A DNA stretch of 64,000 bases from an uncultured Verrucomicrobiae bacterium. GTDB taxonomy: Bacteria; Chlamydiota; Chlamydiia; Chlamydiales; Rhabdochlamydiaceae. The stretch lies in the NCBI GenBank assembly GCA_963806855.1, contig CAWDYW010000001.1:992001-1056000 (forward strand), in the 5' to 3' direction. Position numbers and translations under genes: made by a program. Shown here in pieces: positions 57,550 to 64,000 of the stretch; the stretch's first letter is position 1, and every line of letters begins with the position of its first letter. The notes beneath the pieces are model-generated. The model was not told where the DNA came from. It worked only from the letters and a program-made list of their open reading frames with translations, and made no database searches.

Positions 57550-59088
57550 CTATAAGGATAGAGGGTTGCCGTCAACAAGGCATTTAATCCGCCAAGAGAA
57601 CTGAAGGATCCATTCAGGTAACGAGTTGAGTTGGTTGTAGCTGAGATCGATTTTTTTTAGCTGAGAGAGCTGACCGAGCTGCTCAGGTAACGAGTTGAGT
57701 TGGTTATAGCTGAGATGGAGCCATCTTAGCTGAGAGAGCTGACTGAGCTCAAGAGGTATCGAGTTGAGTTGGTTGTAGCTGAGATTGAGCTCCCTTAGCT
57801 TAGAAAGCCGACCGAGTTGTGGAGGTATCGAGGTGAGTTGGTTATTTTTGAGACCGAGAAATACTAGCTGAGAGAGCTGAACAATCTGCTCAGGTATCGA
57901 GGTGAATTGGTTGGAGTTGAGATAGAGCCATTCTAGCTGAGAAAGCTGACCGATCTGCTCAGGTAATGCGGTGAATTTATTGTTGTTGAGATCGAGTTTT
58001 TCTAGCTGAGAGAGCTGACCGATCTGCTGAGGTAATGAGGTGAGTTGGTTGTACATGAGATTGAGCTCTTTTAGCTTAGAGAGCTGACCAATCTGCTGAG
58101 GTATCGCAGTGAGTTGGTTGAAACTGAGATCGAGGTTTTCTAGCTTAGAGAGCCGTCCGATCCATTCAGGTACTGAGGTGAGTCTATTGTTGCAGAGATC
58201 GAGTTTTTCTAGCTGAGAGAGCTGCCCGATCTGCTCAGGTAAAGAGGTGAGTTTATCATCGCTGAGATCGAGAATTGTCGATTGAATAAGCTCATTTTGA
58301 TTTGCATTAAACCATGCATCAAATTCTCTAGACTTGGTGATGATATCCTCTTCAGTATTTAACTCAGAGAGGTTTGGGCCTGGTAAATTTGCAGAAGCAG
58401 CCAATCGTCGCCATACAATAAAAATATCTCTAGCTTTCAATAGGGTATGATTTTGTCCATACCATCCAGGATAGAGTCTCGCTTTTGCGATTGTCTCTTG
58501 AGTGGTTAGATCTTTAATTGCACCAGGTCCCTCAAAATTTAGGCGAGGAAATATGTGATTAAGCCTCTTAGCTAAGCGATGCCAGTTAATAAGGACTTTT
58601 CGTGCCTGGAGCCATTTTTGGATGGTATTTATCTGATCAATGGTGGGTCCTTTTAAGCTTAGAGTAATATCACCTGGTCGATTTTCAATTGCCACGGCTT
58701 CTTCTCGGATGCGATCAATAAAATCCAGTACCTGCTTAAAGATCGGACGATCAGAAGCCTTGTCGATGGGGCAATTGATTCGTTTGGCGATTGAATTCCA
58801 GATTTGGAAATCGGATGCTAGTGCATTTGCAGTTGTAGATGTGAGACTGAATTCGGCCAGCTCAGGGAGATCAAAGAATGTGAGCAAATGAATTTTATAC
58901 TGGTCCTGCAATTCATCGAAAACAAAATCTTGGTTTTGGGAAGAAGGAGCCTCTGATTTTCCAAGGTTTTTTTCAGAGACGCTTTGAACTTTTTCACTAA
59001 GGGCAGATGAGGTAGAAGCCTTTTGGTCAACCGCTAGTTGACGTATAAAAGGCGCGAAAGGGTATGGCTTATCTGATATTATGCTCAT
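57550..59088 (-). CDS. F-box-like + LRR protein, copy 3 (10 LRRs)
   Basis: Paralogue; C-terminus like copy 1. Confidence 0.9.
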   Translation of the reverse strand: MSIISDKPYPFAPFIRQLAVDQKASTSSALSEKVQSVSEKNLGKSEAPSSQNQDFVFDELQDQYKIHLLTFFDLPELAEFSLTSTTANALASDFQIWNSIAKRINCPIDKASDRPIFKQVLDFIDRIREEAVAIENRPGDITLSLKGPTIDQINTIQKWLQARKVLINWHRLAKRLNHIFPRLNFEGPGAIKDLTTQETIAKARLYPGWYGQNHTLLKARDIFIVWRRLAASANLPGPNLSELNTEEDIITKSREFDAWFNANQNELIQSTILDLSDDKLTSLPEQIGQLSQLEKLDLCNNRLTSVPEWIGRLSKLENLDLSFNQLTAIPQQIGQLSKLKELNLMYNQLTSLPQQIGQLSQLEKLDLNNNKFTALPEQIGQLSQLEWLYLNSNQFTSIPEQIVQLSQLVFLGLKNNQLTSIPPQLGRLSKLRELNLSYNQLNSIPLELSQLSQLRWLHLSYNQLNSLPEQLGQLSQLKKIDLSYNQLNSLPEWILQFSWRIKCLVDGNPLSL

Positions 59089-59118
59089 AGTTTTATCTTG
59101 ATTAAAATTTATAATATA

Positions 59119-59147
59119 ATTTTATCAAAATAATTAATTAAAGTCAA
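59119..59147 (-). promoter_or_regulatory. Candidate promoter of LRR copy 3
   Basis: TTGACT-N17-TAAAAT. Confidence 0.55.
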
Positions 59148-59309
59148 GAGCATTGTTACTTATAGACTAATGTTGTAAGAGCAGATCCTGCTTCCATGGA
59201 CAATAGCTGAGTCGATTCACGCAACGCTACATTTCTGACCGATGCCTATGCCCCTTCCAATGTGTAGCAAAGAGAAATATCTCCTTAGAAATGGTAAAAA
59301 AATGTTTTG

Positions 59310-61427
59310 TCAAAAGAGCATCGGTTGTATCCGTGAGACGAAAGAACTAAGGTGATTAACAGCAGAGGATAAAGCATGTAGCGCAAATTGTTGATTGCGG
59401 TAAAGCCCATAGCAGGCCGTAGCTATGGCCAGTGCCGAAATAGCACTCTGATGCTCCTTAGCAAAAATGCTTGCCCTATATTTTAAGGATAGAGGGTTGC
59501 CATCAAAGGAGCTCTTCGGCCGCTTACGGATCCATTCAGGTATCGAGGTGAGTTGGTTTGTGTCGAGGTGAAGCGAGCACGGCGGAAAGAGCTGACTGAG
59601 TTGCTCAGGTATCGAGGTGAGTTGGTTGTGGCTGAGATCGAGCACTTTTAGCTGAGAGAGCTGACCGAGTTGCTCAGGTATCGAGGTGAGTTGGTTGTTG
59701 CTGAGATTGAGCTCTGTTAGCTGAGAGAGCTGACAGATCTGCTCAGGTATTGAGGTGAATTGGTTGTAGCTGAGCTCGAGCTTCCTCAATTGAGAGAGCT
59801 GACCGATCTGCACAGGTAAGGAGGTGAGTTGGTTGTTGCTGAGATGGAGATATTGTAGCTGAGAGAGCTGACCGATCTGTTCAGGTATCGAGGTGAGTTG
59901 GTTGTTGCTGAGATAGAGATATTGTAGCTGAGAGAGCTGACAGATCTGCTCAGGTATCGAGGTGAGTTGGTTGTAGCTGAGCTCGAGCTTCCTCAATTGA
60001 GAGAGCTGCCTGATCTGCTCAGGTATCGAGGTGAGTTGGTTGTTGCTGAAATAGAGCCATTCTAGCTGAGAGAGCTGCCCGATCTGTTCAGGTATCGAGG
60101 TGAGTTGGTTGTTGCTGAGATAGAGATGTTGTAGCTGAGAGAGCTGACAGATCTGCTCAGGTATCGAGGTGAGTTGGTTGTTGCTGAGATCGAGATATCG
60201 TAGCTGAGAGAGCTGACCGATCTGCTCAGGTATCGAGGTGAGTTGGTTATTGAAGAGATCGAGACATTGTAGCTGAAAGAGCTGCCTGATCTGCTCAGGT
60301 ATCGAGGTGAGTTGGTTGTTGCTGAAATAGAGCCTTTCTAGCTGAGAGAGCTGCCCGATCTGCTCAGGTAATGAGATGAGTTGGTTGTTGCTGAGATCGA
60401 GTATTTTTAGCTGAGAGAGCTGACCGATCTGCTTAGGTAATGTGGTGAGTTGGTTTTTGCTGAGATTGAGACATTCTAGCTGGGAGAGTTGACCGATCTG
60501 TTCAGATATCGAAGTGAGTTGATTGTTGCTGAGATAGAGATATCGTAGCTGAGAGAGTTGACTGATTTGCTGAGGTATTGAGGTGAGTTGGTTTTGGCTG
60601 AGATTGAGCGACGTTAGTGGAGAGAGCGGATCTCGATTTACGGTAAACCATGCATCAAATTCTCTGGACCTAGTGATGATGTCCTCTTCAGTATTTAACT
60701 CAAGCAGGTTTGGGCCTGGCAAATTTGCAGAAGCAGCTAATTTTCGCCATACAATAAGAGTATCTCTAGCTTTCAGCAGGGTAACATTTAGGGCATGCCA
60801 TTCAGGAAAGAGTCTCGCCTTTGCGATTGCTGCTTGACTGGTTAGATTATCAATCGCACCAGGACCCATTAAATTTAGGCGCGGAAATTCTTTATTAATG
60901 CGCTCAACTAAGTCGCTCCAGTTAATGAGGATCTTTCGTGCCTGGAGCCATTCTTGGATGGTGTTTATCTGATCAATGGTGGGTCCTTTTAAGCTTTGAG
61001 TAATATCATCCGGCCGTTCTTCAATTGCCCTAGCTTCTTTTTGTATGCGGCCAATAAAATCCAGTACCTGCTTAAAGATCGGACGATCAGAAGCCTTGTC
61101 GATGGGGCAATTGATTCGTTTGGCGATTGAATTCCAGATTTGGAAATCGGATGCTAGTGCATTTGCAGTTGTAGATGTGAGACTGAATTCGGCCAGCTCA
61201 GGGAGATCAAAGAATGTGAGCAAATGAATTTTATACTGGTCCTGCAATTCATCGAAAACAAAATCTTGGTTTTGGGAAGAAGGAGCCTCTGATTTTCCAA
61301 GGTTTTTTTCAGAGACGCTTTGAACTTTTTCACTAAGGGCAGATGAGGTAGAAGCTTTTTGGTCAACCGCTGGTTGACGTATAAAAGGCGCGAAGGGGTA
61401 TCGTTTATTGACTGAAGTTGCACTCAT
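59310..61427 (-). CDS. F-box-like + LRR protein, copy 4 (16 LRRs, hydrophobic tail)
   Basis: Start placed at MSATSVNK by alignment with paralogues; tail like copy 2. Confidence 0.9.
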   Translation of the reverse strand: MSATSVNKRYPFAPFIRQPAVDQKASTSSALSEKVQSVSEKNLGKSEAPSSQNQDFVFDELQDQYKIHLLTFFDLPELAEFSLTSTTANALASDFQIWNSIAKRINCPIDKASDRPIFKQVLDFIGRIQKEARAIEERPDDITQSLKGPTIDQINTIQEWLQARKILINWSDLVERINKEFPRLNLMGPGAIDNLTSQAAIAKARLFPEWHALNVTLLKARDTLIVWRKLAASANLPGPNLLELNTEEDIITRSREFDAWFTVNRDPLSPLTSLNLSQNQLTSIPQQISQLSQLRYLYLSNNQLTSISEQIGQLSQLECLNLSKNQLTTLPKQIGQLSQLKILDLSNNQLISLPEQIGQLSQLERLYFSNNQLTSIPEQIRQLFQLQCLDLFNNQLTSIPEQIGQLSQLRYLDLSNNQLTSIPEQICQLSQLQHLYLSNNQLTSIPEQIGQLSQLEWLYFSNNQLTSIPEQIRQLSQLRKLELSYNQLTSIPEQICQLSQLQYLYLSNNQLTSIPEQIGQLSQLQYLHLSNNQLTSLPVQIGQLSQLRKLELSYNQFTSIPEQICQLSQLTELNLSNNQLTSIPEQLGQLSQLKVLDLSHNQLTSIPEQLSQLFPPCSLHLDTNQLTSIPEWIRKRPKSSFDGNPLSLKYRASIFAKEHQSAISALAIATACYGLYRNQQFALHALSSAVNHLSSFVSRIQPMLF

Positions 61428-61542
61428 ATTGGCTCGATTTAAAAATTTATTGTGAATCGCTATCAAAACTATGGTTAAGCCAATAATAATAGGATGATTC
61501 CAGTTTATTGTCGAAAGTTCTTTCCATAGCGTAGGGGCAGAT

Positions 61543-61585
61543 CCTGTGTTTAAAATTGTGAATTTTGACCGCGCGAAAGTCAAAA
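61543..61585. repeat. Single arm of the 24120..24280 palindromic element family
   Basis: gtgtttaaaattgtgaattttgaccgcgcgaaag matches gtggccaaaattttgaatttggaccgcgccaaag. Confidence 0.6.
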
Positions 61586-61639
61586 AAATGCTCGGAATCT
61601 ACTTGACTCTCAGGGCAAATAAACCCGAAACTCAGGTCA

Positions 61640-62509
61640 TTAGAACTGCCGCCAGCCCACGATGCCGATGTACTCGGAGTCGTAGTAGTGGCCATAGACA
61701 GCCAAGCCGGAAGGGCCGAAGCCCCCAACAACCAATTGATAGCCTTCAATCATTTCTTTGCAGCGCGTAAAAGTAGGAGGATTGTCACTCAAACACCGTC
61801 TTCCTGCACGTCGATTTGTCCACAGAATAGCTCTTGCAGCATCAAAGACCCCAGGCACTTCGTATCCAGCAGGTAATAATTGTATTTGATCATCGTAGGA
61901 TCTATATCTGCTTCCAGGAATGACATCGATTGTCATGACCGCATAATGAAATTCGTTTTCAGCAGGGATGTTGTTAGGAGTTTTATCCCAAACATAGATA
62001 AACCCGGGTCCCCCAGAACTTTTATCAAGCTGATCAAGAGAATCTAAAGTGGAAGAAACAGGCGAGCCGTCGATGTATACTTGAGGAAATAAAGGCACAA
62101 CAATATGGGTCGCTGATCTTTTTTTCCCAGGCCAAATTTCACAATCCCCAGCGAGAAAATCTTTGAGCGCCTGGGGATAAGGAGGTAATTTAATAGTTTG
62201 CGCAGCGCCTCATTCTTTTTGCGAAATCACAGTGGATATATGCTCCGCGCCGTTAGAAATTTGGAATTTCGACAGAGCCACAGCCCCGACGTTCAACGAT
62301 TTTTCCGAGGGCTGTATTTCAATACTCCCCTCGGAAAAATCTTTGGACCGCGAGCGTTTTCGCTCTTGCCCAGATTGTAAACTTCTAACGGCACTAGGTG
62401 TAGAAGGAGTGTCTGCTTTGGGAAGGACTTTGAACTTAGCAGGTTGGCTAATGGCACTCCCTGGGGTGGCAGATTTAGACGGAGTTGTCGAAACTGGTAT
62501 CGATTCCAC
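61640..62509 (-). pseudogene. Chlamydial expanded-family protein interrupted by one in-frame TGA and an inserted palindrome
   Basis: ORFs 62210..62509 and 61640..62098 share a frame, joined by QKE*GAAQTIKLPPYPQALKDFLAGDCEIWPGKKRSATHIVV; motifs MTIDVIPGSR, YEVP, TFTRC, LVVGGF. Confidence 0.7.
62249..62392. repeat. 144-bp palindromic element within coding sequence
   Basis: Terminal IR gccgttagaa/ttctaacggc; central stem gatttttccgaggg/ccctcggaaaaatc. Confidence 0.8.
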
Positions 62510-62852
62510 AATATCTCGTTAGATTTTGACTTAAGGAGTATATCGTATCATTTTTATTAATATCAATTAAGTTTCTATAGGAACGATGTGTATGAGATGA
62601 TCGACTTTGAAGCGGACGAAGTATATTATGAAACTCTTTTCCATAGTGTAGGGGCAGATCCTGTTTCCATGGCAGTAACTATTGCAAAAGTCGATCCACT
62701 CGACAAAGCAGGGGTGGGATCGGGACGAGTCCCTTTGTCGCAAGAGGGAAATATCTCCTTAGAAATGGTAACTACGGCTAATGCGGAATAAGCAAACTTA
62801 TGCTGATCAAGTAACGAGGTAAGTAGGTTATGGTAGAGATTGAGGCGTCGAG

Positions 62853-64000
62853 TCAAGTGGGGTTGTTTCTAAGATTGAGATTGTTGATCATGGAGAGAGC
62901 ATCGATCTGCTCAGGTTTTAAGGTGAGTCGATTGTTGCTGAGATCGAGCTCTTTTAGCCAAGAGAATTGGCCGAGCTGCGCAGGTAAGGAGGTGAGTTGG
63001 TTGTAGCTGAGAAAGAGCGCTGTTAGCTGAGGTAGTTGGCCGAGCTGCTCAGGTATCGAGGTAAGTTTGTTGGCGTTGAGATTGAGCTTTGTTAGCTGAT
63101 GCAGTTGGCCGATCTGCTCAGGAATCGAAGTGAGTTGGTTGTTGCTGAGATCGAGCTCTGTTAGCTGAGACAGTAGGCCGATCTGCTCAGGAATCGAAGT
63201 GAGTTGGTTGTCGCTGAGATTGAGCACTGTTAGCTGAGACAGTTGGCCGATCTGCTCAGGAATCGAAATGAGTTGGTTGTCGCTGAGATTGAGCACTGTT
63301 AGCTGAGGCAGTAGGCCGATCTGCTCAGGAATCGAAGTGAGTTGGTTGTCGCTGAGATTGAGCTCTGTTAGCTGAGACAGTTGGCCGATCTGCTCAGGAA
63401 TCGAAGTGAGTTGGTTGCCGCTGAGATTGAGCTCTGTTAGCTGAGACAGTTGGCCGATCTGCTCAGGAATCGAAGTGAGTTGGTTGTTGCTGAGATTGAG
63501 CTCTGTTAGCTGAGAGAGCTGACCGATCTGCTCAGGTAAGGAGGTGAGTTGGTTGTAGCGGAGATAGAGATAGTTTAGTTGAGAGAGCTGACCGATCTGC
63601 TCGGGTATCGAGGTGAGTTGTTTGTGTCTAAGATCGAGATATTTTAATTGAATAAGCTCATTTTGATTTGCATTAAACCATGCATTAAATTCTCTGGACC
63701 TAGCGATGATGTCCTCTTCAGAATTTAACTCAACCATTTTTGGGCCTGGCAAATTTACAGAAGCAGTTAATTCTCCCCATACAATAAGAGTATCTCTAGC
63801 TTTCAGCAGGGGAACATTTAGGGCATGCCATTCGGGATAGAGTCTCGCCTTTGCGATGGTCTCTTGAGTGGTTAGATTGTCAATTGCACCCGGACCTTCT
63901 AAATTTAGGCGAGGAAATTCTTTATTAATGCGCTCAACTAACTTGCTCCAGTTAATGAGGATCTTTCGTGCCTGGAGCCATTCTTGAATGGTGTTTATCT
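62853..64000 (-). CDS. F-box-like + LRR protein, copy 5 (5' end outside window; 11-12 LRRs; tail may continue by frameshift into 62626..62856)
   Basis: Frame open to window edge with paralogous sequence; downstream ORF encodes HKFAYSALAV, similar to the HKVAISALAV tail of copy 2. Confidence 0.88.
   Translation of the reverse strand, partial: INTIQEWLQARKILINWSKLVERINKEFPRLNLEGPGAIDNLTTQETIAKARLYPEWHALNVPLLKARDTLIVWGELTASVNLPGPKMVELNSEEDIIARSREFNAWFNANQNELIQLKYLDLRHKQLTSIPEQIGQLSQLNYLYLRYNQLTSLPEQIGQLSQLTELNLSNNQLTSIPEQIGQLSQLTELNLSGNQLTSIPEQIGQLSQLTELNLSDNQLTSIPEQIGLLPQLTVLNLSDNQLISIPEQIGQLSQLTVLNLSDNQLTSIPEQIGLLSQLTELDLSNNQLTSIPEQIGQLHQLTKLNLNANKLTSIPEQLGQLPQLTALFLSYNQLTSLPAQLGQFSWLKELDLSNNRLTLKPEQIDALSMINNLNLRNNPT

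Noticed and set aside
61428..61583. 52-aa N-terminal extension of LRR copy 4 in the ORF track
   Set aside because: It is read-through of a palindrome arm and the tail remnant of another repeat unit; paralogues start at the MS.. codon
62210..62212. TGA as Trp or selenocysteine recoding
   Set aside because: Many genes here end in TGA, and no SECIS-like hairpin or redox motif is evident
54000..63650. 69-bp periodic repeats as CRISPR or diversity-generating retroelement
   Set aside because: They are in-frame LRR codons; no reverse transcriptase or template/variable repeat pair is visible in the window

Overview
The window comes from an environmental member of the phylum Chlamydiae, judged from gene order and protein sequence (accA-msbA-dnaQ, pdhABC, lpxD-skp-bamA-recR, fabHDG-acpP, trxB...acpS, ssb-pepA). 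Five accessory blocks interrupt the housekeeping backbone. (1) An AT-rich Rhs polymorphic-toxin island (about 26.1-34.5 kb): a Sec-signal Rhs toxin followed by candidate immunity genes and two orphan toxin-tip remnants. (2) A cyclic-nucleotide signalling cluster (41.5-49.7 kb): CHASE2 class III adenylate cyclase, MBL-fold putative phosphodiesterase and two unusual cNMP-binding fusions (cNMP-CPBP/CAAX membrane protein; type II NAD(P)H dehydrogenase-cNMP). (3) Inside that cluster, an AbiEi/AbiEii-type TA pair whose toxin carries ankyrin repeats. (4) SRP RNA and higBA. (5) A tandem array of at least five F-box-like/LRR genes with hypervariable LRR surfaces and mosaic tails. Also present: two paralogues sharing a ~210-aa hydrophobic N-terminal domain with unrelated C-termini (one ART-fold-like), a small lipoprotein missed by the ORF track, a 183-bp tandem duplication of the potD 3' end, and several families of long palindromic elements, one inserted in frame in a gene and one possibly forming the potABCD leader. 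pdhB and the Rhs gene carry clustered single-base indels that look like sequencing errors. All family assignments are by eye from motifs; no database searches were run.
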